NCBI GenBank assembly: GCA_951406725.2
Contig: OX597815.1
Span: 146,816,001-146,880,000, forward strand
Reading direction: 5' to 3'
From: Octopus vulgaris
Taxonomy: Eukaryota
DNA: 64,000 nucleotides
The translations under genes were made by a program, and so were the position numbers. Under the pieces are notes generated by a model, which was not told the DNA's origin, searched no databases, and saw only the letters and a list, made by a program, of their open reading frames with translations. Below, in pieces: positions 1 to 13,957 of the stretch. How positions within the stretch are numbered: the first letter of the stretch is position 1; each line of letters opens with the position of its first letter.

Positions 1-339
1 GAAGTCAATGAATAATTAGTAACATATCTCTTTTTGAGAAACTAGCTGCACTTCAAGTGCATTAGCAAAAAGTAGGATAAATATACCAACCCCAGGTATT
101 GAAGGTGAAGATATATTCTGTTAACATGGGTAGCGAAGTGTTGTATCGAATCTAGACTAAGCCAGTTAATTTGCTATCAGAGAAATATGTATCCGCGTTC
201 TTTCAGAACCAAGAATCTTGATGCTATTACGAAAAAAAAAAAAAATGAGCAGCATTTGAAAAAATGCATCCTGTACAGGCTGTCAACAAGGCCTCAGGAT
301 TCGATTCTGTATTTCAGTTGAATGATTTATGTAGAGAAT

Positions 340-640
340 GTTCTCGTGTTAACAGGGAGTTGGAAAAACAAGTACAAGAAAACAAAATAAATATTGAAGT
401 GAAATAATGTACTATGTTGTGGCTGTAACAATATTCCTATCCGAAAGAGGACTGCTATTTAGGGAGACTGAAGAGATTATAGGATCTAGGCACAAAGAGA
501 ATTTGAGGGGCAATTATTACACAATTTGATCCATTAGGGCAATTGGCAATCTTGGAAGTAACAAGCAGTAATACTTATTTCTACTATCTACAAACGAATT
601 GTTCTGTTGAATGTAAAACATATTTTATTATATTGTAGCA
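340..640 (+). pseudogene. Decayed hAT-superfamily transposase fragment (DUF4371/ZMYM1-like region)
   Basis: Manual translation from 416 gives VVAVTIFLSERGLLFRETEEIIGSRHKENL, preceded by RVNRELEKQVQENK and followed after a frameshift by IITQFDPL. This resembles the hAT pattern IIAVIKFLAERGLAFRG..E..GS...GNFL...LAEFDP. Contains stops and frameshifts; boundaries approximate. Confidence 0.65.
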
Positions 641-836
641 GAGTTTAACATTTTTAATATATCCGATCACTACACAGGAACATGAAGTAGGATTAATGAG
701 CTAACTCGTTAATTTCAGTTACGTGCAATAGGAAATTTTGAGATTTAAAATTGGTCATATTTCATGAAATTTAATTTTTGTGTATAAGTGGTCTACCCAA
801 GCTAAAGTGCCCATCATACATTATATCTGATCCAGG

Positions 837-863
837 ACACACACACACACACACACATACACG

Positions 864-956
<93 letters not shown>
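837..956. repeat. (CA)n-(TA)n compound microsatellite, representative of dozens in the window
   Basis: Directly visible; source of the poly-HT/poly-YI pseudo-ORFs. Confidence 0.98.
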
Positions 957-1262
957 GTGGAGGCGCAACGGACCAGTGGTTAGGGCAGCGGTTGCAGGAT
1001 CGCGGTTTCGATTCCCAGACCGGGCGTTGTGAGTGTTTATTGAGCGAAAACACCTAAAGCTCCACAGGGCTCCGGCAGGGGGTGGTGGTGGCGATCCCTG
1101 CTGTACTCTTTTGCCGCAACTATCTCTCACTCTTTCTTCTGTTGGCCTGCTCGCTTAGCCAGCGGGGTGGCGTCATTTGGAGGCTAAAACAATGCGAAGC
1201 GCATTGTGACCAGGGATGTGTAGCTATATCTGATAGCCTGGTCGATCATGATGGTGATCACG

Positions 1263-1266
<4 letters not shown>
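957..1266 (+). mobile_element. tRNA-derived SINE, family A
   Basis: Head GGAGGCGCAACGGACCAGTGGTTAGG (A box) and GGTTTCGATTCCC (B box); ends in (TA)n; second copy at 49146-49410 on the minus strand. Confidence 0.88.
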
Positions 1267-1306
<40 letters not shown>

Positions 1307-4062
1307 CATACACACACACTCATATTATATATATTTGTATAGACATATATTTAGTAGTGTCTGTCTATATGTATCTGCACGTGTATCTATGTGTGTGTGC
1401 GTGTAAGTACTTACAAATAAGTATTTGTGCTCAATGCGTAGTGAAAATTACACAAAAAAGAGAAACAGAAAAAGCAAAATAATAATTTCTTCCGTCGATG
1501 ATGAAAATGATTAATTGAATTCTAACAGCAGTTCTAACCAGGAATCGATAGTCTCATTAAAAGTACAGCAGCAGATCTGAGAGGAAATATCTACACATAT
1601 GTCTCGTAGACAGAACTGAACACCAACTTGTGTTATATCGATACAGGAATTACCCGTTCAGAGCTATAAAGCAAACTGTTTCTTTAAAAAGATCATTCGC
1701 GTTTAAATAATTAACGAATATAGCCGTTCTTTTTTTTATTCCCTTTTTCTTACATTAGCTAGAAGTAAAGAAAGATTAATGAGGTATAAATCATTTTTAT
1801 GTATTTTATTGGAAACATTTGATTAAATTTCAATTATTTTTCATACTTAGCCTAGGCTTATCTTTTTATTGGTTTTATTGCCATTTCCTCTCTGTCTTTC
1901 TCTACTGTTTTTCGCTTTCCCTCTATCGCTCTTTCTATCCTATCTCTATCTCGGTCTATCTCTCTCTTACTTGTTATCTCTCTGTTTTCTTTCTTCCCTG
2001 CCCCTCTCGGTAGGTGTACCGAGTACGTACATGCATCCACACATACGTATTTACTTAATACTTGCTTGTGAATATTATACATATAATTTTCTCGCACACA
2101 TGACACTTACAAACGCTCGTGTGTATCTGCTTTAGGGGATTGGTATAGGCATTCATACGCAGATTCTTACATATGTAAACTCATACACATATACCTAAGT
2201 ATGTGTGTGTGTTTGTGTGTATTTGTCTATACGTAGGATTGCTGTATTTTGGGTGTTTTCGGCTAAGTAGAATCATGCTCATAGTTCTTAGTTTTCTCCA
2301 TGTTTTGTGTATGTATGTATTTTGTGCGCACGCACGCTTTTAGCTACATACATATTTCGTATTCTTTGGCTATTAAATGATGGAATGTGGCATTGTAGCC
2401 ATGGAATAGATAAAGGGTATCACTGTACGCAAGTGAGAAATTGTATTCCCGTAGGCTATGAGATTTTTGATAGATAATATAATCAACGATAAATCCATCT
2501 GCTTTCGTCTATCAAGTTGCATATTAGCTGAAATAAAACTGATATTGTTTTCGGTAAAGCAGTGTTGTATTAAGATATTTCACATAGAGTTTCACAATAC
2601 TTCCTCTACCTGATTCCTTCTTACCATTATCGATTTTGCTTTCATTTTCGGTATGCATGATGCCTTAACCCCGTGTAAACTTTACAACTAAGCGTAGATC
2701 TACATATATAAAGAATCCTGTGATTGTTTTGGGTCACATATTGATACCAATCTCATCTGTAATTATATTTGCTGAATCGATATTCTCCGAACATCTGTGT
2801 TTCGTCTTAATCCATAGCTTTACATTAAAAATAAATGATGACTTTTCGTGGTTTAATCAACAGCCATGTATATGTTGATATTCGTTTCCACGAGAATACA
2901 AGAATATATTGTTGGTTTAAATAGCGGTGCACCGTTTTCCTCACGCCGAAATCTAATTATTAATACCTTTACTTAAACATGTCAGATGGAGAAAGAAAAT
3001 AAACAGAAATTTTACATGTTTAAAAAGATTTAAAATAATATTGACTACAAAAACATTAATCAAAGTTCAATAATTGTATGAGAACACTTGTTGTAAACAT
3101 TAGAAGTGCAGTGAAATGTAAATCGTCTATGCATGCTAGTATGAATGCAAAGATAGCAACAGCTGTTCGTATTTGCAGCATGTGTCTGTCTGTTCAGTAT
3201 ACTTGTTGATAGAGACTCTAAATCAATTTTTATTGAACTGTTATCAAAGAAGCTAAGTGCAAGTATATCTCACTGCATAACCCAATTCAATTGCTCAAAG
3301 AATTAGTCTTCATAAAATCTAGATCTAGCTTGGCCACATCATCTCTAACGTTGTGAAACAATGTGTAAAGCAAGGCGTTAAAATGTCTTGAGTACAAATG
3401 AAAGGTGTGCAGTGACACTTGACTAGCGAGAAGTAGTAGCAAACTATTTTGTGTGAAGAAAATGACACATTGGGTATTGCTGTTGTATTTCTACAGACAA
3501 AAGTCGTGGTCAAATATGGAATGCCTTTGATAATTTTGTTCTGTCTGGGTTAGCAGTGGGCAACAAAAGCAACAAAATAACAACAAACATTATGTTGACT
3601 TCATTAATTACATTGTATCTATAATTAATGTTTAAATATTACTATCATTTATGCAATTAGTATATTGCTGTTCTTCTGTTTAAAAAAAAAACGACGAAAA
3701 AGAAAAAGAAGGAAATATCAAGTTCTTATTAGTTCAGAAGTTCATTTTTTTTTCTATCCTTAAATAAGGGAGAAATTTTTGATTGAATTTATTCCACTAT
3801 AATTATACACACCCTAAGTAAATTCATAACAGTGAGTTTACTGATTAAGACAATAGTGTGATCACAAAATATATTAAAGCCATTTTTCAGTAGGGTTTCA
3901 ATATGGATTTAGAATATAACTATTAATGAAATCTAAATGAAAGAAAAAATATCACGATACAGATTTATGATTCAACAGAAACTTAGATAGACAGAGAGAC
4001 GAACAGAACATGGATAAATAGATAGATAGACTAAGTGACAGACAGAAAGACAGACAGATATG

Positions 4063-4127
<65 letters not shown>

Positions 4128-4150
4128 GGATAGATAGATAGATAGATATG

Positions 4151-4221
<71 letters not shown>
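4063..4221. repeat. (GATA)n tetranucleotide microsatellite
   Basis: Directly visible; further GATA/TATC arrays near 32.0-32.2, 33.1-33.4 and 48.84-48.91 kb. Confidence 0.98.
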
Positions 4222-4222
<1 letters not shown>

Positions 4223-4568
4223 GTGACTGATAGTTTAGCATTAATAGTCGCCAGATTTTTGTCTGAGTATTAAGAACCCCATTCTGTAAATGATCTGTTG
4301 TTATTCTGAAGTTCGCTGCTGTAAAACACGTTCAACGTAACTTTTAGATATTCTGATACATAAATGTAAGTCGCATTCGTTTATGATTTGCAGTAACATA
4401 TATAGAAGATGATAGAGACGTGCATAGAAAGTTATACAGAAATAAAAACTTGAAAGAAAATGAGAGGGGTTATGTTAATATTAAGAGCTCTTAAGTGAAG
4501 TAGAGAACTTCACCTCTGTAGGCATCAATTAATACGCAAAGATAAAGGGTTTATATACGTGTGTATGT

Positions 4569-4610
<42 letters not shown>

Positions 4611-4773
4611 TTCTGTATGAGGTAGAGGTTAAGAAAGCATCTAAGGGATATTAAATATCCAGTATACTACTGAATATGTGCCTAACTATTTATAACCAAG
4701 TGTCTACTATTGCATGGCAATATCGCAATTGGGTATTAGGTACGGGTGCGGGTTAATTACAAATTTACCCATT

Positions 4774-5346
4774 TATAAGGCAAATATGAAAGTGGAGACG
4801 GTATACAATCGACAAACATCAGCCGGTAAACATACAATTATATCTACTTATTAAATGATTAGGAACATATGTGTAACACGAATTAACGATTGAAATAAAT
4901 CAATAACTGCATAAACATATGTATATATATATACATAAACATATATATATATATATATATATATAAACGGCAGTTTGTCTGTGCGTGTTTCTGTGTGTGT
5001 TTGCTTGTACCCTCACCCTGACCACGGCTTTCAACCGATTCTGATGAAACTTGACACACACATAGCCCAATGTCATAATTCAAAACTAACGCAGCGAAAA
5101 TTTTGAAAAGTTCCCCCAGTTCTGAAAAAAAAATCGATAAATTCGACATGGGGTCGAGAATCAGAAACACAAACCACAAACTCCACCTTTTTTTAAATCT
5201 CAAAAGAAATTTACCATCATTTTTTTCCATTTTTTTACTATTTTTTTACTATAACTCTAAAAATGCTTTATAGTTATTTCCCTTACAAACCTGAGCAACG
5301 CCGGGCGATACTGCTAGTATATATATATATATATATGTATATGTAT

Positions 5347-5425
<79 letters not shown>

Positions 5426-5445
5426 TATATGCGTGTGTATGTGTG

Positions 5446-5476
<31 letters not shown>

Positions 5477-5624
5477 CTGTTTATGTAGTTATTGACTTAT
5501 TTCATTCGTTAATTTGTAGCAATCACACATATGATTGTAATCATTTAATAAATAGATATAATTGAATGTTTACTAGCTGATGCTTGTCGATTGTATATCC
5601 TCTCCATTTTTTATTTGCATTATA
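4774..5624. repeat. Pair of ~150-bp inverted repeats (4774-4920 and 5475-5624) enclosing microsatellites and a Helitron
   Basis: Left arm TATACAATCGACAAACATCAGCCGGTAAACATACAATTATATCTACTTATTAAATGATT aligns with the reverse complement of the right arm, TATACAATCGACAAGCATCAGCTAGTAAACATTCAATTATATCTATTTATTAAATGATT. Confidence 0.9.
4941..5317 (+). mobile_element. Non-autonomous Helitron, copy 1
   Basis: 3' GC hairpin CCTGAGCAACGCCGGG followed by CTAG|T at 5314-5317; nearly identical to 45379-45774; 5' end lost in the (TA)n array. Confidence 0.85.
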
Positions 5625-5634
5625 TATATATTAT

Positions 5635-5713
5635 ATAATTATTATTATCATACATACACGACAGGTTAGACTGTTGGAAAAGAAAAAATCCTAACATCGT
5701 GCTACAACAGCCC
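5635..5713 (-). mobile_element. Short 3'-end fragment of an R4/Dong-like LINE
   Basis: Similar to the 3' UTR at 6179-6255 (ttattat..cata.ca...ca...tt..ctgtt.gaaaa...acat.gtgcta.aaca) and next to an (ATT)n run. Confidence 0.5.
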
Positions 5714-5744
5714 ATCATAATAATTATAGTAATAATTCGTGTTG

Positions 5745-5982
5745 AAAAAAAAGGCGGCGAGCTGGCAGAAACGTTAGCACGCCGGGCGAAATGCTTAGCG
5801 GTATTTCGTCTGCGTTACGTTGTGAGTTCAAATTCCGCCGAGGTCGACTTTGCCTTTCATCCTTTCGGGGTCGATAAATTAAGTACCAGTTACGCACTGG
5901 GGTCGATGTAATCGACTTAATACCTATGTCTGTCCTTGTTTGTCCCCTCTGTGTTTAGCCCCTTGTGGGTAATAAAGAAATA
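5745..5982 (+). mobile_element. tRNA-derived SINE, family D (most abundant here), with a 17-bp TSD
   Basis: Head GGCGGCGAGCTGGCAGAAACGTTAGCAC, B box GAGTTCAAATTCC, tail AATAAAGAAAT; TSD AGTAATAATTCG/TTGTTG at 5728-5744 and 5983-5999 with one mismatch. Confidence 0.92.
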
Positions 5983-6178
5983 AGTAATAATTCTTGTTGT
6001 TCTTGTTATCATTGCTATTATATTACTATATTTAAAATCCGCCAAATTGATTTATGCCTTCCAACACTTTTCGGGGTCGATAATATATATACCAGCTGAG
6101 CACTGGTTCGATCTGATCAGCTTAGACTAACCACCGAAATTGCTGGTCTTTCACTAGAACCTGAAGTCATCACTGTCA

Positions 6179-6965
6179 TTATTATTTCATATACATGCAA
6201 CAATTTAAGCTGTTCGAAAAAAGGTTTACTGACATTGTGCTAAAACAAGTAACCATAGTTGCTAAGAAGGTTCCTAAGTATCCTAGCTCTCCCTAATAGT
6301 ATTGTTTTCTAAACTAGGTATTATGTATATTTTATAATCTACGTAATATGTTTATTTTCTCTATCCATCTGTTGAAATCTTTAGGGATTGTTCGTAACTA
6401 CAGAGATACATTTTACCTATAACTACAGAGATAAATTTTACCCACAGTTTCCAGAACCTCTCTAACTCAATGGCTAGGTCCTGGTATTTTGCTATTTTCC
6501 ATGTAACTCTCATATTGGTTTTCCTCATCTGGGACTGCAAAAGTACCTAACACTTTCTATTCTCTTTACCCACCACTAGAAACCAGGCCTTCCAATTTCC
6601 ATTACTCTATCAAAATGAATGTTAAAGTCCCACATCTCATAATTCTTACTATCTAGCACTTTACTAGGATTAAGTTCATGCCATTTATCAGTATGGTCGA
6701 ATCATAACTTTCTACATAAATCCCAGTGGATTATACTCTCCCGGTTGTCATATATTTTCGTGTATTCTTTCTGCGCCAGCATGCTATAGTCACTTAATAT
6801 ATAAGTAACACTTTGATTTACATAACCTATATTGGAAGTCTACCTGATTTTTGTCTATCTTGGTTCCTATCCAATTAATCTTCAATGTTTGATCTTGTGC
6901 TACAAATAAAAAAAACTTCCTGTCTTCCTTTACAGCCTTCCTTTCTGCAGCTACAACCATGCCTC
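6179..6965 (-). mobile_element. 5'-truncated, decayed R4/Dong-clade LINE (C-terminal zinc-knuckle region and restriction-like endonuclease)
   Basis: Minus-strand translation gives VAQDQTLKINWIGTKIDK, SMLAQKEYTKIYDNRESIIHWDLCRKL*FDHTDKWHELNPSKVLDSKNYEMWDFNIHFDRVMEIGRP, FAVPDEEN and KIAKYQDLAIELERFWK, matching the R4/Dong WDF..RPD..D..K..KY.DL pattern. Ends in an (AAT) tail. Internal 25-bp tandem duplication at 6395-6444. Confidence 0.88.
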
Positions 6966-7871
6966 ACTATTACTATTTTCTGTCAGTATCTTTGGCACTC
7001 AACCAATGGATACTTACGTATATATTAATGTATATACGGACATGTCCTACTATTTACATACACATGCACATGGACAGATTAATATACCTGTAGATATAAA
7101 GATACAAATATATGTAAAATCACATTCAGACACGCAGTTTCACGGTCCACTGTTAATTCCGGATCCATCGGAGTGAAGGTTCCATGTATGGGGTAAAATG
7201 AGTAAAGACATGAACGGGCTGAGGATCACTACAGCTATTTAAGATGCATTTGCTGTTGACGAACAAATCAATATTATATCATGACAAAAACCGTTCCTTC
7301 AGGTGAATTGAAATTTAAACATAAAATATAACATTTGGCTCATATATATAATATCACACATCTAATTACATGTATAGTTCATACCTTATTTGCATACAAT
7401 TAATCATAAAACATTATCTTCTGAGTATGATTTCCTTCGAACTATTTGGTGATAGACGTAATTGTAATTAAAAAAAAACTGTTTAGTTTTTACAGCGTTT
7501 CTAGTTCTGTACAAATTTTAAATATAATTCACATTCGAATATGTTTTGTAGTGATGTAGTTTTAAATTCCGTACTTCTATGTAAACTGCAATTGTATCAA
7601 ATTTCTTTTATGGAATTAAACCATTTATTCTTTCTAATAGGAAACAGTCAAATATAATTAAAGATACATTTTCATATTTAATTAGAGTCAAAATTCAACG
7701 AATTTCCAATCGAAATTGACCCTTTGGGTTACGAGTATTTATGTAGGTCACTAAACGGATGAAAAGGAGAAATATTTGCACTTTATATTCAGAATGCAGA
7801 AATATATTTGGTGGTGCAAAAAGTTATGATGGTTATTCTAACAGTACCAGAAATTATTACAATACTTTGCC

Positions 7872-7919
<48 letters not shown>

Positions 7920-8073
7920 TATACACATATGTGCGTGCGTGTGGGCTATGTCGTTTCGAAAAGAGTAAATAGGATGCGTTAAGCTTTCATGACATTTCAA
8001 ACACAAGTACTGTGAATGAACTGGAAAATCTAAATTTAAGGCAAAACATCGGAAATGTTTATAATGTGCACTG

Positions 8074-8458
8074 TTACTCATTTACTCTTTTACTTGTTTC
8101 AGTCATTTTGACTGCAGCCATGCTGGAGCACCGCCTTTAGACAAGCAAATCGACCTCAAGACTTATTCTTTGTAAGCCTTAGTACTTAATCTATCGGTCT
8201 CTTTTGCCGAACCGCTAAGTAACTGGGGCGTAAACAAACCAGCATCGGTTGTCAAGCGGTATTGGGGACACACGCACACAAACATATACACAGACATGCA
8301 TATATATATACGACGGGCTTCTTTTACTTTCCGTTTACCAAATCCACTCACCACAAGGCTTTGGTCAGCCCGAAGCTATAGTAGAAGACACTTGCCCAAG
8401 GTGCCCGGAACCATGTGCTTGGCAAGCAAGCTACTTACCACATAGACACTCCTACGCC
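8074..8458 (-). mobile_element. tRNA-derived SINE, family E (internal microsatellite, (GAGTAA)n-like tail)
   Basis: Minus-strand head GGCGTAGGAGTGTCTATGTGGTAAGTAGCTTG...CCTTGGGCAAGTGTCTTCTACTATAGC; related copies at 42908-43235, 50511-50660 and 58975-59075. Confidence 0.85.
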
Positions 8459-10691
8459 CGATATTTTTTAAGTATTACACCTTTGACATATTTATATACA
8501 GGTATATTTATTTAATTATTTATGCGAGGTCTACTCATATCCGTTTAAATTCGAACTTTAAAAATTCTCTTCATCCTATCTCATAAAATTATCAAGAAAT
8601 AGACACTCAATTTAATTTGAAGAATAGATCTTTTCCCCTTCGTTTCATTCAAAAATATACTCCAAGGTAATTTTCTCATTTAGTGTAGTGTATCATCACA
8701 AATAAAGACGGCTACCGAAATAAATACTATAGCCTTATTTATTTCTGAGATAAAAGTTTAAAATATTTCTGGAGATTGTTACAGTCGATGTCAGTATTGG
8801 ACATATATTTATCTGAGAAACACACAAAGATGCCAAAATTGAATTCGATGGGATTTAAAATATAAACGTATAAGACATTTAAATGACTTTAGTCCCAAGA
8901 CGATTTTTTCAAGTAACGTTATAAACTTAATTTTCTGGAGGTTGTTGAAGGCAGGCATGGTACATACACCTCGGAAATCTTTAGATCATATTGTCTTGTT
9001 CTTCATGATTCTGTGTTTCAAATACAGCGTATGTCGACGATTTAACTCAACGCGTAGCAGGATTTATTATGAGCTTAGTAACATTTATCTACATTGTCGA
9101 TATATCTAGGATGTTTTCAATTGCTGACCTTAAAATACAAGCTTATGATAAGAGACTTCCAATCAACATAGTATGATGCAGCTCAGATATGCAGATAAAA
9201 CATCATAGAGACTGCGGTAATGGTAACGGCATCACGGAACATACGTATTTAGAAATAAGAATGAAAGTTGTAAAACAGTAAGAATGTGTAGGAAAAACAC
9301 TGAATTTAATAGTAATTTGTCAGCAGATACTACCTCGTTCACAAATGTACAATTCGTTGCAGAATGAATTGATGCCATAGACAAGCAGATGAATAAACCA
9401 TGAATATTATAGGATTATTCTACAGAGGGCAGAGTGCCATTTGACAGGAATAGGGAGAGTATAAAAAAATTATTACATAAATTAAAAATTCGCTTCTCAG
9501 AAATAGAATTCAATCTTAGGATGATTTGTATAAGTTTCTATAACAACAGTGAAATGTACGCGCATGTATGTATGTAAGCATGTATGTATGTATGAATGTA
9601 TGTATATATGTATATGTGCATGTATGTATATATGTATGTATGCATGTTTGCATATGCCTGTATAAATGCATGTTACTATATAAATATATACATCATTTAT
9701 ATGCACTGTGCTAACTCTAGTTATCTGTTTATAAATATATATATATATATATAATATACATAAAGATATGTCAAGCTCAAATATGTAATATGTACATACA
9801 TACACACGTACCTACATACATACATACATACATACAAACATACATGCATACATATATATATATACACATATATATACATATATATACATATATTTATATA
9901 TATATATATATATATACATATGCACCAATATATATATATATATATATACATATGCACCAATGTATATATATATTTGATGCAGAGTTAAAGAAACCTGAGT
10001 AAATCTAAATACAAGATTACTATCAATATGCGTTGTTGATTCAGAATGTTTAACTATTCGGTATTGAAGGAATATTTGCATATGCTATGCTTCCATAACA
10101 TGTTGAGAACCTCTTAGAATCTCCAGCAATTCACTTTTCATTAGCTTTCGATGTTTCCTCAGCTCAGTTTTCTAAGACAAACTTTATATAATAAATAGAA
10201 TAAAGATAAAAACTAAAATATCTGAAAACTCTGTTAGAAATAAAGTATAAAATAACAATATTTATTTCACAGAATTTTTTTCTCCATTTGTTTGGCCATT
10301 ATATTTTGGGTTGTTGATCATGAATTATCGTATTTCTTCATTCAACTTTTGCATATGTCCGCTAAGTCAACGCTATTAATTTTTTGTAGTGGGTGGTTTC
10401 TTATTACTTAGAGCTCTTCAGTGTTCTGTTTTATCTATTTAGGTTATGAGTTCAATTTTGTTTCGATTCTATTTCTTCAAATATATATTTGAAAAATATT
10501 TACTATAATAGGAATATAAAATATTCGCTCTTAAAATTGTGATTAAGGCCATTAATTTATTAAGACTAATTCAGTGGATGAGGGGGCTAGCCGTGATATT
10601 TAAAACAAGTACAATGGTCGAATTTTTATTGAATATAATTCAAACGAAAATGGTGTCAATGAGACATTGGAGATATTACATTAGCGAATGA

Positions 10692-11130
10692 AAGCGGTGA
10701 GCTGACAGAATCGTTATCACGCCGGACAAACTGCATAGCAGCATTTCGTCCGTCTTTACGTCATCAGTTCAAATCTGGCCGAGACAGTCTGTACCTATCA
10801 TGCTTTCAATAAAATAGACACTGCTTGAATACCGGGTCGATGTAATTTATTTTCACCCTTCCCTAAATTGCTGGTCTTGTACCAACACATGAGACCAATA
10901 TTACATTTCTCGCTAAGGCGGCAACCTGGCAGAAGCGTTAAAATGTCGGGCAAATGTTTAGCAGCATTTCAACTAATTTTACATTCGAAGTTCGAATTCT
11001 GCCGAACATCTTTTTGCTATTTATCCTTTCTTGGTCGAATAAATAAGTAACAGTCAGGCACTAATGACGACATCATTGAATAGCACCCTCTCCCCAAATT
11101 CCAGGCCTTGTGCCCATAATAGAGAGCATT
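10692..11130 (+). mobile_element. Two tandem degenerate family-D SINE copies
   Basis: Heads AAAGCGGTGAGCTGACAGAATCGTTATCACGCCGG (10692) and AAGGCGGCAACCTGGCAGAAGCGTT (~10915), each with a degenerate B box and a CCTTGT..CA tail. Confidence 0.75.
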
Positions 11131-13709
11131 ATTATATTGTGAAGGCTCATCGCCTAATAGTTTAGTGTGTTACGCTCACGAATGTGAGATCGTGGTTTTG
11201 ATTCTTGGACCGGACAATGCATTCAACCACTAATTTTTAATTTTACAATAATCACATATACAGGATGGTAATTTTCATATTTGAATAGGTAAAACGAAAG
11301 AAATATTCTGTGAAATATGTGAGACACTCCAGATATTAGGCTTTTGTATTACATTCCTCACCACAACAGTATTGGATGCGATATCTAAGGTACCACATGA
11401 CATGCTAAAATTAGCAACCAAATCGTCACCAAAATATATTCCATCATTTTCAATAAGGAAAGAATCAATTTGATAATAGTTATGCAGTACTCTGGAGGGA
11501 CACATGTTGCTAAAATATCATTTAGCGCGCATGCACACACACAAAGACATATACACACACGCGCTCATGTATATACATGTGTCAATTATTATCTCAGTTT
11601 TCGTTTGACCATGCTCTTGTGTATTCATCAAATCCTACCATGATTTCTCGTAGACTGAGCCAGAGGTTAAAAGAATATTTGACTTGTCCAATGATTCTTT
11701 CTTATTGAGAGGTATCTATCTCCACGAAGAATTTGACCATTAAAAAAATTCCATGAACAATTTACTATCACAGCACACCTGTATATTTCTTTTCTTTTCT
11801 TTCTCCTTCTCCCTCTTCTTTCCCTACTCCTACTTCTCTTCCTTCTTCATCTTCTCCTCCTCCCTCTTCATCTTCATAATCTTCTTCTCGTCCTTCGGCT
11901 GCTCCTGCTTAAACCATTAATTCTCTGTACCCATACTATTCCTTCAGATTTACTACTACTACCCACCAACGAGACATCCACAAAGGAATAGAGAGACACA
12001 GACAGACTACCTGAAGACTATGGAAATATTCACTTATCCAAAGACTATAGAAATATCTATTAAAAAGTTTCACTTAATTTTTTTTTCTCCAATATAATTG
12101 TTTTCTTCTTATTTTACTCATAGTTGAAAAAGTCTAAAAGACGGAAACAGGTATTAAAATACATTCATGATAAAAGTATTTTAGCATTTTCTACCTTGTC
12201 TTATTTTCCTTATACATTTCAACTCGTGTGATTTTTTTTCTACCTTCTACATACATACATACATACATATACATATAAAGAGAGAGGGAGAGAGATAGAC
12301 ACACACGTGTGTGTGTATGTGCCTGTGTGTATCTACGCATATAAGAATGCATGCATACATATATGTATACATACATATGATTTTACGTATATATATATAT
12401 CAAACAACTATCACACGCACTGACACTCATAAGCGCACGTATATTCACCTAAATTTACGGAAGAAGATAGTTTGACTTAAACAATTTTGGAAATGATATG
12501 TTAGTGTTCTTCTATAGAAATATATATAAATACATTGTAACAAAAGTAAATCTAATATATTAAGTATAGAAATATAGCTAAGAGTCTAGGAATGAATAAA
12601 ACGGAAATTTTTAGAAGAGACTTGTAAATAGAGTTTTAATAAAATAAAATCTTATATTGAGGGAAAAATCATTCATAAAAGTAGCTCGTTTATTGTATAG
12701 AACCTTAATATATTGATATGAAATATTTGTTTTCTTTTTCCGTTAGTACGCAGAAACAGGAACGATAAGTCTTTCAATAATTTTCGGTTGTACAGTGACT
12801 TAAAGAAACAGAAACAAATAATTTTTAATGTAAAGAAGATAGTTTATAAATATTTACTCGTCAGATGAAACAGTTTCTATGGGGTTAATACGACGTGAAA
12901 ACATTGCTGTGTAATATTCCTGTTTTCTTTTTTTTTTTTGGCTTCTGAGCTTATAGTTTTATGATCGAAGTCACACCGTATTAAACCATATAGGAAAAAT
13001 GTAAATCATATCAAAAAGGAAGAAGTTATGTTGAGCTTCATTGCTCCCATTATGCTAAACAAACGTCCTACGAAATATATTTTCATATTTTTTATAAGAT
13101 CATCTCTTCATATTTTCAATCATTAATGTGTGAAATATATTCAATGGTTTCTAAACATGGATGTCCATTGTTTAGAATTTCAAATATCTTATCTTGTTAC
13201 AGCCTTCCTTTCTCAGTATAACTTCCAAATCCAAATGCGGAAGTATGCATAAACAGAAATACAGATGCTCATACATACATACACACATACATAAATATAT
13301 ATATGTATATATATGTACCTACACACACACACACATACACACACACACATATATATATGATCATATGTATATAGTAAAAAGCAAATAAATAAGCGATATT
13401 CTCAATTAATATTATTAGTTAAGGGCGCAAGAAAGAATGGAAAGTGTAAACATTATAGAGTTAATGTTATAACTATTCGGGCATAACATTTCTCCGGATA
13501 TCAGAGGAAGCTAAAGACAATCAAGGGAGTGAATAAAGGGGGTAAAAAATGAAAATATATAGGAAAAATATATCGTGTGTTAGGCTTGTATGTTTGACAG
13601 CTTGTTCTCTACAAACAACCATATATCATCACTGTCATCATCATCATCATCATCGTCATCATCATCACCGTTTCATGTTACTGCAGACTTAATTCGGTCT
13701 CTCATGAAC

Positions 13710-13957
13710 CTTAGGATACAGATGACCACCATGGTCTCCATTCAGTAGAAATAACCGAGATTACAAAATCTCCCACTAGAACTAGATGCTGGTCCATCTC
13801 CGGGTTAATTTTTTCAGCTTTATGTGGAAGTCCTTTATTGCTGAGTGGACTTGAACAATGTGAAATGAAGAACACAACTTACCACATGCAGCGTGAATCA
13901 AAACCATAATCTAACAATCGTTTGTGCAACACCCAAACCATTAGGCTACGTGGCTTT
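13710..13957 (-). mobile_element. Old degenerate tRNA-derived SINE
   Basis: Minus strand CCACGTAGCCTAATGGTTTGGGTGTTG...TTCATTTCACATTGTTCAAGTCCACTCAGC...CCCGGAGATGGACCAGCATC shares segments with the SINEs at 16832 and 29222. Confidence 0.55.

Noticed and set aside
9150-9400. Possible RT relic (QLRYADKT...)
   Set aside because: Only one short motif resembles RTE LRYADD; too decayed to support a call.
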